Shown in pieces: positions 54,631 to 64,000 of a stretch of DNA of 64,000 nucleotides (positions are counted from its first letter, which is position 1; the number at the start of each line of letters is the position of its first letter). The notes below the pieces were generated by a model, which was not told the origin of the DNA, made no database searches, and saw only the letters and a program-made list of their open reading frames with translations. The position numbers and the translations under genes are program-made. The stretch comes from a virus, in IMG/VR virus record IMGVR_UViG_3300034101_006340, positions 64,001-128,000 of that record. One strand, written 5' to 3'.

Positions 54631-55647
54631 TTAGGTTAATGGGAAAGCTACTGAGTCTTCAACAATATCCGAAAAAGATACGCCGGTTGGTGCAGTATAT
54701 GTGAAATCGTTGAAGGTTTGATAGCTATAAGTAATTGAGGCATTACCACCGCCGGTATCACCACCGGTATAGTTAACACTAGTAAGCTTATTCTTACTAC
54801 CAAGATCAATTACTGTACCATCACATAGCACAATCTTAATCTGCTTGTTAGCAAGTGCTTTGGGATTTGAACATGCAGCAGCAGCCTGTTCAGCACCTAC
54901 CATATCGCCAGTGTGAGCAACAATTTCAATTTCGCAAGTAACTTCTACGGGGAAGTTCACATAACGATAAAATGGTGTTCTTTGACCAAGATCAAAGATG
55001 CTCTCACGACCAAGGTTCATACTAACAGTAACATTCTGAACCCTCGAACCTGCTGGAAGTCCACCGCTGCCTGCCGATGGTAAAATAGTAGATGAGTTAT
55101 TCCATAAGTTTCTGCGTAGAATACCCTGACCAATCGGTGTGCTAGCAGCTAAGAATGTGCCGCTATTACTTTCCGGACTTGTTGCCCAAAGTTTATCGTT
55201 ACTAACTAGAGTAACTTCTTCTGTAAAATTACCCTCTGTTGGGAAAGTATATGTTACAGAACTTAGGTAGGCCGGTACGCAAGTAACTTGAGCAAGTGGG
55301 GTTCCAACAGCAGTAGTATTTGTGTCGGGGAAAAGATTGAGTCTAACACCACATCTGTGATTAGACAAAGCGCTTAACGTTCCTGTACCCATTGTCATAG
55401 CGTACAATGTTGGGGAACCGTCAAGAACCTTATTTAGAGTCACTTCGACTTCTGGAATTTCTTCGTAGTTATCATAAAGCTCAAGTTGACCAAGCTGATA
55501 AACCGGTTCAAGATTGAAATTAGTTGTCATACCAACACTTTGTAAACCCTGAACAGAGTCCCATGCGGCATTCTGAGTATTTCCAACGCCCGATGGTCCG
55601 TTAATTTGCACATTTTGACAGGCGTAATAGATTCTATTGTTGGCCAT
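54631..55647 (-). CDS. Major tail (tube) protein
   Basis: MANNRIYYA...LQSVGMTTNFNLEPVYQLGQLELY...PEVEVTLNKVLDG with two-fold internal beta repetition; canonical position after the terminator gene and before chaperones and TMP; GGAG RBS. Confidence 0.75.
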   Translation of the reverse strand: MANNRIYYACQNVQINGPSGVGNTQNAAWDSVQGLQSVGMTTNFNLEPVYQLGQLELYDNYEEIPEVEVTLNKVLDGSPTLYAMTMGTGTLSALSNHRCGVRLNLFPDTNTTAVGTPLAQVTCVPAYLSSVTYTFPTEGNFTEEVTLVSNDKLWATSPESNSGTFLAASTPIGQGILRRNLWNNSSTILPSAGSGGLPAGSRVQNVTVSMNLGRESIFDLGQRTPFYRYVNFPVEVTCEIEIVAHTGDMVGAEQAAAACSNPKALANKQIKIVLCDGTVIDLGSKNKLTSVNYTGGDTGGGNASITYSYQTFNDFTYTAPTGVSFSDIVEDSVAFPLT

Positions 55648-55674
55648 AATTTTTTCTCCGATTTAGCGGTTAAA

Positions 55675-56631
55675 CTAGATAATAACTTGAGCGGTTAATC
55701 TTAATGTACACCAATATAAATTTTTATTTGCGCTTTCCATATCTAATACACTAATTTCCTTAAAAAAACAATTGTTCCAGTAATACTTGTCAATTAATTC
55801 ACCATAACAAAGTCCACTAATATTAATTGATCCATTATATAATAGTGGAAAAACTCCACTTTGAACAATTTTATTGGTATCATACAACTTAATAGTTTTA
55901 TCTTTTTGTAGTCTAAGAATATCTACTATTCTATTATTATCATTAGGATTTTCAGTAAAAATATGTAATAAGATATCTTGATCGATGGCAAAATCATAAG
56001 CCCCAAGTTGCCAAGGCTGAGAATAACTTCTTGCAATTGGTTCAATAACAATAGCAGGCATTTGTATTCTATGGGATGCCCCAATGTTGTATTCTCCTGA
56101 TGCTTTTTGATTAAGGGCTGGTAGTGGTTGATAAGTTGATGCTTGTAGTTCTTTCCATTGTGGAGTATTGGATCCTTTGTAGACTTGGCACCATTTATAA
56201 GAATAAGATGCTACCACACTAGAAGATGAATTTACAACGCGATCAAAAACTATTTGACCAAGAGGATAATTAATAGTATAGCTATAATTACCGCTACCTG
56301 TTGGCGCAGCATAGAAGGCATTATTAACATAAAGTCCAGAGAATTTTATTGGATTATAACTGTTATAATTTATTCCTGTTTCCCACACCCAGTCTTTTCT
56401 AAAGCTTTGCCATATCTGACCATCTTTATATCCGGGTTGAGTTGTACTTTTGAGTTGACTAAAATTACCACCATATAATCCGGATGTTGGACTGCTAATA
56501 TTTATGAATCCACCAATATTTAAGAACCCCCAATCTAAAAAAGTTTTTAAATTATCTTCTAATTGATTAATTAAATAATTTTGTCCTAAATTTGATACAT
56601 TATTAAATGTGTTAGTGCTTTCGCAACTCAT
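55675..56631 (-). CDS. Putative tail terminator/completion protein
   Basis: MPAIVIE...DILLHIFTENPNDNNRIVDIL is typical of tail-terminator folds; directly upstream of the tube gene. Confidence 0.55.
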   Translation of the reverse strand: MSCESTNTFNNVSNLGQNYLINQLEDNLKTFLDWGFLNIGGFINISSPTSGLYGGNFSQLKSTTQPGYKDGQIWQSFRKDWVWETGINYNSYNPIKFSGLYVNNAFYAAPTGSGNYSYTINYPLGQIVFDRVVNSSSSVVASYSYKWCQVYKGSNTPQWKELQASTYQPLPALNQKASGEYNIGASHRIQMPAIVIEPIARSYSQPWQLGAYDFAIDQDILLHIFTENPNDNNRIVDILRLQKDKTIKLYDTNKIVQSGVFPLLYNGSINISGLCYGELIDKYYWNNCFFKEISVLDMESANKNLYWCTLRLTAQVII

Positions 56632-57275
56632 ATGTGTTTCTCCAATTCTTTTTCTATGTCATTAAGAAGTATCGGATCTAGCCTGTCTATAGCTCTTGTG
56701 ATCCAGTTATTATTTACTGTGCCAGCAAATTCTGATGGTACTCTCCAATTTTGTTTTTCCGACGATATCATAATAGCATTACCGGTACGAGATCTTGAGT
56801 TGGGTCCAAACTGAACAGCATAATCTCTAATTAAAATTTTTGATCCGTCAAGCAATAGCCATTGTAACCATGGAATTACTGAACCACTAATATCATCGGT
56901 TATTGTAGCTGTTGATAAAGATAAAATATCGGAAAAATCCGATCTAATCATATCAATAGAAAAACCTCCAGTAACGCCTCGTGAGGATATTCTTAATGGT
57001 GTGGATCTAATTACCATACTGCTGGTCCAAGCCGTAAATAATGATTCTATGCGACTAGCGGCATCAGGAACACCAAGCTCAGATCGAAGTTGTCCACTAA
57101 GCAACGAATTGTATTCTGGTTCACCCATTAATACGGCTTTGGTTTTATTGGGAATAATGGTTTGTAAAGCTCTTTGTGCTTTATCAAAAGCTGGTTGTAG
57201 ATAATCTCTTATAGCATCTAATATTTTAGAGCGTATTTGACTATCACTATCTATTAATTGTAAACCTATTCTCAT
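56628..57275 (-). CDS. Putative neck/tail completion protein
   Basis: Start revised to the ATG at 57275 (ATGA overlap); PWLQWLLLDG...SRTGNAIM...NWITRAI; located in the neck cluster. Confidence 0.5.
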   Translation of the reverse strand: MRIGLQLIDSDSQIRSKILDAIRDYLQPAFDKAQRALQTIIPNKTKAVLMGEPEYNSLLSGQLRSELGVPDAASRIESLFTAWTSSMVIRSTPLRISSRGVTGGFSIDMIRSDFSDILSLSTATITDDISGSVIPWLQWLLLDGSKILIRDYAVQFGPNSRSRTGNAIMISSEKQNWRVPSEFAGTVNNNWITRAIDRLDPILLNDIEKELEKHI

Positions 57276-57793
57276 ATAATTTTTTCCCACATAGTAATAA
57301 TATATCTATTACTTCCTAAACCACAAATTTCTGGTTCATTAACTCTAGTATATCTACGATCTCCATATGCTGAAGTGGTTGTGTCAAATATAATTTCTCT
57401 AGCATTTTGTAATTTAGGCAATAAGTTTATATTACAGATAGATTGTGCCATATTATTAGGAATATTAACTGTTTTAGAATTCCAGTTAAACCAATATTTA
57501 CTATCAAAAATTAAAGCTAGATAAACTGTTTCGTCTGCGCTCATATCAATAAGACCGTTGCCTCCGCAGATTGGACAAATACTGTGATTTGGAAAAGGGG
57601 CCACACCTGTTCCATTATATAGATTTGCGGATCTGTTTTGCATAGGATCAAACTTGCAATTATTACAAAGCTGTTGTTTTAAAGAATCATAAACTATGGA
57701 GCATGGTACCGCAAGACCGTTTTTACCAATAAGATTATCTATTGCATCATTAAAGATATTTTTAAAATTGTTATTGATTATATTTTCAAACAT
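57272..57793 (-). CDS. Putative head-closure/neck protein with Zn-ribbon
   Basis: CNNC...CPICGGNG, then ...YTRVNEPEICGLGSNRYIITMW; position in the neck cluster. Confidence 0.5.
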   Translation of the reverse strand: MFENIINNNFKNIFNDAIDNLIGKNGLAVPCSIVYDSLKQQLCNNCKFDPMQNRSANLYNGTGVAPFPNHSICPICGGNGLIDMSADETVYLALIFDSKYWFNWNSKTVNIPNNMAQSICNINLLPKLQNAREIIFDTTTSAYGDRRYTRVNEPEICGLGSNRYIITMWEKII

Positions 57794-57828
57794 AATTTTT
57801 CCTAGTAAAAGTTATATATTTATACACT

Positions 57829-60207
57829 TTAGCTTTGACGTTGTTGCTTTGTGCCAGTACCAAAGATGTATGGGAATTCTGGAATACTTAATGAGCTATT
57901 AGTGAAGGTTAGAAAATAAGCATACGTTCCACTCGGAAACTCAGGGGTTGTGCAGAATCTGCCATTAAGTTCATCCAAAGTACCGTAACCAGAGACATAA
58001 ACAAAATCTTCTACAAAAGCTCCCTGTAGCAAATCATATTCTATGTCATTAACGCCAATTTTATTAAAATATTTCCAATCTATTGGTCTGTGACTATCTG
58101 TGGTTAAACCAGAATAACTGGATCTCATTAGAATAATAGGACTATTAGAATCAAATAATCCAGAGTGTCCATATGGTCCATAAATAGGATATCCATCTAA
58201 ACAAAAACCAATAATTTTAGAATGACCATTAGGATGCCTAAAATAATTACCACTAAAACTGCTTTGACTATAGTAAGAACTACTATTATATAACAATGGA
58301 GTATTCCAGCAATTCGTTAAAAATAATCCATTTCTATACGAATATAGTCCGTCGCCATCGGGATATCCAGCACAGTCATCTGCATAAAACTTATTTAAAT
58401 GATATGTTACATTATATGTTAAACCAGAAGGAGCAGAAACGAATCCTGGAAGTGCTCCTGTGCCAGCAGATAATGATTTGATAGGTGATCCATTAAAAGC
58501 TATACCATGAATATCACTAGAATTTATTTTCATTGGATTACTAGTATTAGTACCGCCTCTAAAAGTAAACCATAATGACAGATTTTGACTATTAATAGTT
58601 TCTACAATAAAATCTCTAAATGCGCTATTTGTTAATGGTCTTCCCGCAAGAGCAGGATAAGGATCAGCGTTTGTTTTTATATTAATTAACTGTCCGCTAA
58701 ACATTAAAGATGTTAAACTAGAAAAAGTTGAGCCACTATGAGAAACAGTCATTTTGGCAAAGTCTATCCATTGTTTGTCTATGGGCGATCTATTCCAAAA
58801 ATTATTTGCTACACAAAAATATAACCAGTCATTATCATATAACAAAGATCCTGGAGTTCCGGTTGTGGTAGGATTATATATGGTTCCAGAATTAATTGGA
58901 TTGTATAATTTATCTGTAGAAAATGTTATTTTATTAAAGTTTTCGTCATAATTAATAACAACGCCTTCTTTACCAATAATATTTAATCTATCACTCTGAG
59001 ATAAATTTAGTATAACTCTATCATTGCCAAGCGCATCTGTTTCTGAGGAAGCTATTCTAAGAATAGTATCAGGAGGAGACGGGAATGTGATAGTGCTTTG
59101 ATCAATTCTAACATAATTCAATCCTGTCCAAAAAGATGTGCCGTTACCAACTTTTAAACGGTATGTGTCTGTTTCGTATGCAATTTCTCCAATAGCTAAA
59201 ACAGGATTAAAGTTTCTCCATTCACCAGATGTGGCTCTTCTTAGTCTAATTCTTGTATTATTAGTGTCATTAAAACTAAGAGCAGTAACTGGAGCAATAT
59301 TACTTGATAATGTTACTATATTACTCGAAACAGAATAAACTCCTGTTCCTCCTGAATTAATAGCTGCTACTCTAAATTTTAATGGAGTATCTATTGGTAA
59401 ATTATCGATAGTTGCAGATAAGCCTGTAGATTCTGCAACTCTAGACCAATTTGAAACTAAGTCGTACTCTCCGCTAGGATATCCTGACTGAATAATATAC
59501 TTTGTGATTGTAGCATCGCCGTTATCCGTTGGCGTCAACCAAGTAACAGCAACTTGTTTATATGCTGATTCTATTGCTGAGACTGCTGTTGGTTCGTTCG
59601 GTGGTACGGCCTTGTAGTCTAAGTGCAAATATAAAGATGGGACTTCAATGGCTCCACCACCACCAATTCCAGTAGGAACTCCGCTGATTATAATAGTAAT
59701 ATAATTATTTTTTTGCCAATTAGACTTATTAGTATGATAGGCAACAAGTGGGGTAATATTCAAATATGGGATAGTACTAGTGTTAATATTGAAATAAACA
59801 CCACTATGTTTTGGTGTTGCCAAGATAACATCATAATTATTTGATGGAGTAAAACTAGTGGTAGTTGTAGCTCCTATGGGCACATTAGTAAATCTAGGCA
59901 GTTTATCTAATTCTGTTTGTCTAAAATCATAAGTAAAAGTTTGAGAACCAGCATCAATAATTTGTGGTAAGCCACTTAAAAAAGAAAAAGACAATTGGGC
60001 AGAATTGAGGGATCCGGCTTTTAGAGGAATGGGTATATCTAATGCTAATGAATATTGCATTGTAGGAGTAGCAAATCCAGTACCAGATTTGTATCCTATT
60101 ACTCTATATCCATTATCGGTATCTTTAAATGTTTGATTAATATCTGCTGTATGATAATAACCGATTAGAGACTCATGATATCCTGATAATGCAATATTTA
60201 ATATCAT
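57829..60207 (-). CDS. Virion accessory protein: FN3 + Mtd-N/hyaluronidase-N-like fibre motif + YHYH-like domain
   Basis: PPNEPTAVSA...VTWLTPTDNG...FRVAAINSGG (FN3); IRLRRATSGEW...NPVLAIGEIAYETDT...KVGNG; IIGFCLDGYPIYGPYG...LDELNGRFCTTPEFPSGTYAYFLT (YHYH family). Confidence 0.75.
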   Translation of the reverse strand: MILNIALSGYHESLIGYYHTADINQTFKDTDNGYRVIGYKSGTGFATPTMQYSLALDIPIPLKAGSLNSAQLSFSFLSGLPQIIDAGSQTFTYDFRQTELDKLPRFTNVPIGATTTTSFTPSNNYDVILATPKHSGVYFNINTSTIPYLNITPLVAYHTNKSNWQKNNYITIIISGVPTGIGGGGAIEVPSLYLHLDYKAVPPNEPTAVSAIESAYKQVAVTWLTPTDNGDATITKYIIQSGYPSGEYDLVSNWSRVAESTGLSATIDNLPIDTPLKFRVAAINSGGTGVYSVSSNIVTLSSNIAPVTALSFNDTNNTRIRLRRATSGEWRNFNPVLAIGEIAYETDTYRLKVGNGTSFWTGLNYVRIDQSTITFPSPPDTILRIASSETDALGNDRVILNLSQSDRLNIIGKEGVVINYDENFNKITFSTDKLYNPINSGTIYNPTTTGTPGSLLYDNDWLYFCVANNFWNRSPIDKQWIDFAKMTVSHSGSTFSSLTSLMFSGQLINIKTNADPYPALAGRPLTNSAFRDFIVETINSQNLSLWFTFRGGTNTSNPMKINSSDIHGIAFNGSPIKSLSAGTGALPGFVSAPSGLTYNVTYHLNKFYADDCAGYPDGDGLYSYRNGLFLTNCWNTPLLYNSSSYYSQSSFSGNYFRHPNGHSKIIGFCLDGYPIYGPYGHSGLFDSNSPIILMRSSYSGLTTDSHRPIDWKYFNKIGVNDIEYDLLQGAFVEDFVYVSGYGTLDELNGRFCTTPEFPSGTYAYFLTFTNSSLSIPEFPYIFGTGTKQQRQS

Positions 60208-62777
60208 AGTTTTTTGACCCCTAGCCTAAGACCGCTAGTAATAATTTGACCAGATGTAAATGGCTGTAGTGTTTGTGGATGATCCATCTGATAATATTCA
60301 ATTAATTTATAATTTGTTCGAGTAAGCTCGTGTATAGGTCCAAATTCTATAAATCTTTCTGTTGGGCCAACATATGGGGATATTTCGGGCGTAAAATTCG
60401 ATGTATACCTAACTAAACCAGAAGAGACTCTAAGCTCATCAACATATCCACTACCCCCAAAATATGTAAATGGCATGATTTGTGAGGTACTACTATTAGA
60501 AGGAACATATCTAGAAGATAATTGTCCAAAGTGCATACTATAAATATCGCTGTAATAGTATTCATCTCCTGGAGTAATCTGTAACAGTCTAGGGCCACTT
60601 AAAGAACTACCGCTAACAGAACCAGGACAAGAACCATATGTTAGACCAAAAAAAGAAGCTGTTGATATATTACGAGCATAATATCCTGTGCCAGAAACAC
60701 CATTTAAAAATACAGTAAAATAGCCAGTTGGTGGACTGCTATTAATAATTTGTCTGGTAACAGCTACATGGTGCCATTGACCAGTAGTAATGGCAGACGG
60801 TAAGATTAAATCCATAGATGCTGGAGTCGAACAAGGAGTAAACGTGGAGAAAAGCTGATCTCCAACGGCAAACCAACTTTCTATACTAAGAAACCCAGTA
60901 TTTATACTAATCCTATAACCCATATTAGAAATACTAGGGTCCACAACTTCGTCTCCATTAAGAGCAAACGATGGTAAGTCACTACGATACTTGCGATCAA
61001 ATAAAACTATTTTTTCATTGTTGTTATTAAATTTAATCCAGGCTTCGATAGTAAATTTAGTATCACGAATATCGTATAAACTATTTTGAGTCACCAATAA
61101 ACTATCGGACCCAGCAAAAGATAACGATCCATCAAATTTACCGCTGGGAATTAAAGATATACTACCTAGAGACGATAACGAATGAGCATATTTACTATAA
61201 TCAATAGTAGGTTCTGTCTCGTTCCCATGTATTAAGAAGACCGTATTATTCCCACTAGGATCCGGTAAGCCTGTTTTACTAACCACATTTCGAAAGCTAG
61301 TGTCTAAAAATTCTTTGCGAGCATAATTATATATTTTCATACCTCCAATACCATCATTATATGAATATCTCCAAGTAGAATTATTATCTTTGTTTTCAAA
61401 AGGAGTATAGTAGCTATTACTATAGACAATAGCTGTGATTTTGTTTGGATCAGCAGTATAAATATAGCTGTTATCTTTATCAAAAGAAGCTAATAACGCT
61501 TTATTAGAAACATTAGAAGACTTGGACCATTGAAGAGGTCCGTCTATGATGTTCTCTTGATCACTAAAAATAGTATTGTTAGTAGATCCTAAACCAGGAG
61601 CAAGAGGTAAAACTTTGCTATCTTTACCCAAAAAATATTTTGGATTATTACCCGTATTATCAACCAAAGTAACATCATCTATTAGTGTTAATGATCCTCT
61701 CATATAGTAGAATGAATTATTAAAATTAACAGTTCCATAGTATTCTTGATTGCCAGTACAAGAGGATAAGGCTGTAGAATTATACGTTCTATTAAAAATT
61801 CTTATATTATCATAATAAAAACCGCTTATATCTATATGAATATCCCATAGTTCTCTATCGGATTCTTCTGTGTTAATAACCAGAGAATCAGCCCCTTCAA
61901 CCTTGAGTCTGATTCCGCCGCCGGTATGATCAATTTCGAATTCAAAATGTGTCCATCTGGAAAGAACATTGCTGTTATATGGTCCCATTCTTGTATCAGC
62001 TATTGTTAAAATTTTATGAGGATGATCTGTTGGAATTAATCTGGGGCCATTCTCAACAAAACCGCCACCGCAATATATGGGTGTGATTCTGTATTGATTT
62101 AGAGTGTCTCCCAAATTTAAGTCAAAAATTCCACTGATGCCAGTATTTTGTTGTACCTCTAATCCTATGGTAATTTTTTTACCAGTATAATTTTGTTCGG
62201 AATCACCAACCTGTCTCAGATTTAATAATGTATCACCAGTAACACTGACTAAATTTAATAAAAGACCGGTATTATTTCCACTACAAAAAGCCAGAAAGGG
62301 ATGCTTAGAGCCAAAACGGCCCTCTATCAAAGTGTCGCTAGTATGATAGTCTGTATCCTTTGTTTCTATGCCCAAACACCTAATGCCAAAATATGATTTT
62401 GTGCCACTAATCGATTGGAAACCACTTAATGCAATATAGCTTAGTGGTGTTAGATTAAATGCAGATTGATTAATAGGAATATTGGTTATTGCTAAAAATC
62501 CTGGCGACCTACCATATCCAGGATAATCGTTACCAATACCGCCATACACAGTACTGTATGCTAGACTAGTATAATTATTTATTGGTAGAATACCATTATT
62601 TGGACTATAATTAACAAAATCATAGACATAGCTGCCTGCTAGAGCAGAAGTGTGGTTGTACGTATATGCGCCAAAAGCATACTGAGGATAATTTTTAAGC
62701 TGTAATTTCCAGTAGTTAGCGTCGAGTCTTTTAAGCAAAGTTCCTCGGTCAAAACCATCAAAAAATAGTGTGGACAT
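60204..62777 (-). CDS. Virion protein with a LamG/concanavalin-A-like lectin domain
   Basis: FTIEAWIKF...GQWHHVAVTR...VFLNGV...GYVDELRVSSGLVRYTSNFTP; strong RBS AAGGAGGT. Confidence 0.78.
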   Translation of the reverse strand: MSTLFFDGFDRGTLLKRLDANYWKLQLKNYPQYAFGAYTYNHTSALAGSYVYDFVNYSPNNGILPINNYTSLAYSTVYGGIGNDYPGYGRSPGFLAITNIPINQSAFNLTPLSYIALSGFQSISGTKSYFGIRCLGIETKDTDYHTSDTLIEGRFGSKHPFLAFCSGNNTGLLLNLVSVTGDTLLNLRQVGDSEQNYTGKKITIGLEVQQNTGISGIFDLNLGDTLNQYRITPIYCGGGFVENGPRLIPTDHPHKILTIADTRMGPYNSNVLSRWTHFEFEIDHTGGGIRLKVEGADSLVINTEESDRELWDIHIDISGFYYDNIRIFNRTYNSTALSSCTGNQEYYGTVNFNNSFYYMRGSLTLIDDVTLVDNTGNNPKYFLGKDSKVLPLAPGLGSTNNTIFSDQENIIDGPLQWSKSSNVSNKALLASFDKDNSYIYTADPNKITAIVYSNSYYTPFENKDNNSTWRYSYNDGIGGMKIYNYARKEFLDTSFRNVVSKTGLPDPSGNNTVFLIHGNETEPTIDYSKYAHSLSSLGSISLIPSGKFDGSLSFAGSDSLLVTQNSLYDIRDTKFTIEAWIKFNNNNEKIVLFDRKYRSDLPSFALNGDEVVDPSISNMGYRISINTGFLSIESWFAVGDQLFSTFTPCSTPASMDLILPSAITTGQWHHVAVTRQIINSSPPTGYFTVFLNGVSGTGYYARNISTASFFGLTYGSCPGSVSGSSLSGPRLLQITPGDEYYYSDIYSMHFGQLSSRYVPSNSSTSQIMPFTYFGGSGYVDELRVSSGLVRYTSNFTPEISPYVGPTERFIEFGPIHELTRTNYKLIEYYQMDHPQTLQPFTSGQIITSGLRLGVKKL

Positions 62778-62913
62778 ACCACCTCCTTAGTCGAAGCATA
62801 TCATAATACATGATTATACCCCTTGTTATAGTAAACTAACTGATTTTTTAGTTATTTAGGTGTATCGTTATAGATAAGATCTTATTTTTTATCACTAATG
62901 AGGCTTATAATTA

Positions 62914-64000
62914 ATGGCCACTAAAAAATTTCTATTAACTTGGAGTGCTCCTGTAGCCGGAGGCACAGTAAGTGGATATAGGGCTGAATATTCATTAGCT
63001 GGACAAAACAACTGGACATTATATAATGATGTTTTTAATACAACTTCTGGTTTTGTTACCGGACTATCTGGTTGTACTTTTTATGATTTTAGAGTATCTG
63101 CGTTTAATGGACTAGGAACTGGAAATTCAAGCAATACAGGAACGAGCATACAAGGAAATCTGCCATTTGCTCCCACTAATCTTAGTGGAAGTCCAACAGA
63201 CACAACAATCGCTTTATCTTGGACAATGCCAAATAATGGTGGATGTCCAATAAGTGGATCGTTCATAGAATATAAAACAACTGGTAATGCAGAGTACACT
63301 ATTTCAACATTAAGTAGTACCGGAACCAGCTATACTATTACTGGATTAGTTCAAAATACAGGATACAATATAAGAGTAAGATCAGCAAGTGTGGTGGGTA
63401 CTGGATCGTATTCATCTGGTATTATTCTTAACACTCAGATAACAGAATCTGTTCCTGGAGAAGTTGGTTCTTTACAAGTTCAATATATCGAAATGCTAGA
63501 TGCTCCAACTGGATTAAGCATATCAGTCAATTCGACTACTGGCAATCTAACATGGATTGCTTTGGACACAACAAATCAAATTCCGCTGTCTGGTTACTAT
63601 GTTAGATATAAAAATATTTCGGGGACAAACTGGACAACATCCTCTTTGTTCACAACAAACTCTGGCACTATAGGGTCGTTAACAGGAACAGATTGCTATT
63701 CATATGAGTTTGGTATTGCTAGTTTAAATATTAGTGGTACAGTAGGAAGTTATGGCAACAGCATTACTGGTAATTTTGGTACTCCTGGATCGCCAACAAA
63801 TTTTGGCGTTAATCCTGCTATGAATGGCACATATCAATTGGCGTGGACAGATCCAAGCCCTAGTCCAACAGGATATAATATCTATATGACAGGAATCAAA
63901 ATCAATAATACTCCACTTAATCCTAATTCAGGCTCGTTTAATTATAATGGATATGTTAGTTACAATGAAGAGATGCAATTCTGGACATTCCATACTCCAG
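62914..64000 (+). CDS. Fibronectin type III repeat protein (at least 4 FN3 domains), 3'-truncated; not in the ORF track
   Basis: ATG at 62914 and an open frame to the window end: LTWSAP...YDFRVSAFNGLG; PFAPTNL...LSWTMP...YNIRVRS; DAPTGL...LTW...YEFGIAS; PGSPTNF...LAWTDP. Confidence 0.88.
   Translation, partial: MATKKFLLTWSAPVAGGTVSGYRAEYSLAGQNNWTLYNDVFNTTSGFVTGLSGCTFYDFRVSAFNGLGTGNSSNTGTSIQGNLPFAPTNLSGSPTDTTIALSWTMPNNGGCPISGSFIEYKTTGNAEYTISTLSSTGTSYTITGLVQNTGYNIRVRSASVVGTGSYSSGIILNTQITESVPGEVGSLQVQYIEMLDAPTGLSISVNSTTGNLTWIALDTTNQIPLSGYYVRYKNISGTNWTTSSLFTTNSGTIGSLTGTDCYSYEFGIASLNISGTVGSYGNSITGNFGTPGSPTNFGVNPAMNGTYQLAWTDPSPSPTGYNIYMTGIKINNTPLNPNSGSFNYNGYVSYNEEMQFWTFHTP

Larger units (their letters stand above)
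1..64000. mobile_element. Fragment of a large tailed bacteriophage genome (replication module on +, tail/neck morphogenesis module on -), probably a jumbo siphovirus
   Basis: Dense operonic ORFs; phage-type DnaE, SSB and endonuclease; neck-terminator-tube-chaperone-TMP-tail tip gene order; no sheath gene next to the tube; no host housekeeping operons. Confidence 0.93.

Noticed and set aside
59100-59250. Mtd-N-like motif as a sign of a diversity-generating retroelement
   Set aside because: The motif is a common fibre anchor; no template repeat or RT is visible.
1-64000. Stop-codon reassignment (as in some jumbo phages)
   Set aside because: Long ORFs tile both arms under the standard code, and TAA, TGA and TAG all serve as ends with tight coupling.
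1-64000. tRNA, rRNA or structured ncRNA genes
   Set aside because: Intergenic gaps are mostly under 140 nt and none shows a cloverleaf or rRNA-like sequence; a covariance-model scan was not run.

Overview
The window is a 64-kb slice of a large, AT-rich tailed-phage genome (likely jumbo, siphovirus-like) read in the standard genetic code. No rRNA, tRNA, CRISPR array or IS element was seen. Left arm (+ strand, 1-13.3 kb): a DNA polymerase III alpha gene split without an intein into two ORFs, with a 58-aa ORF and a DEDDh proofreading exonuclease between the halves. These are followed by SSB with its own sigma70 promoter and terminator, a coupled cassette of one intact GT4 glycosyltransferase plus six apparently degenerate GT/nucleotidyltransferase/methyltransferase-like genes, a NUMOD3/Vsr-type endonuclease, a putative single-strand annealing protein with a Zn-ribbon partner, and a membrane-anchored YfaP/DUF2135-like protein. 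Right arm (- strand, 13.3-62.8 kb): a virion morphogenesis module with LamG and FN3/YHYH accessory proteins, neck proteins, tail terminator, tail tube, paralogous chaperone-like genes, a 5741-aa tape measure protein (TMP), a fibre, two paralogous tail proteins, and 1750-aa and 2688-aa tail-tip proteins. A divergent FN3-repeat gene runs off the right edge. The most striking feature is the TMP. It looks like a polyprotein: a recurrent PRGTDTVPAMLTPGEFVVNR module and short double-GG boxes punctuate it, and the boxes bracket a HAD phosphatase domain and two PD-(D/E)xK-like domains, suggesting processed enzymatic cargo injected with the DNA. All product calls come from motif recognition by eye; no database searches were run.
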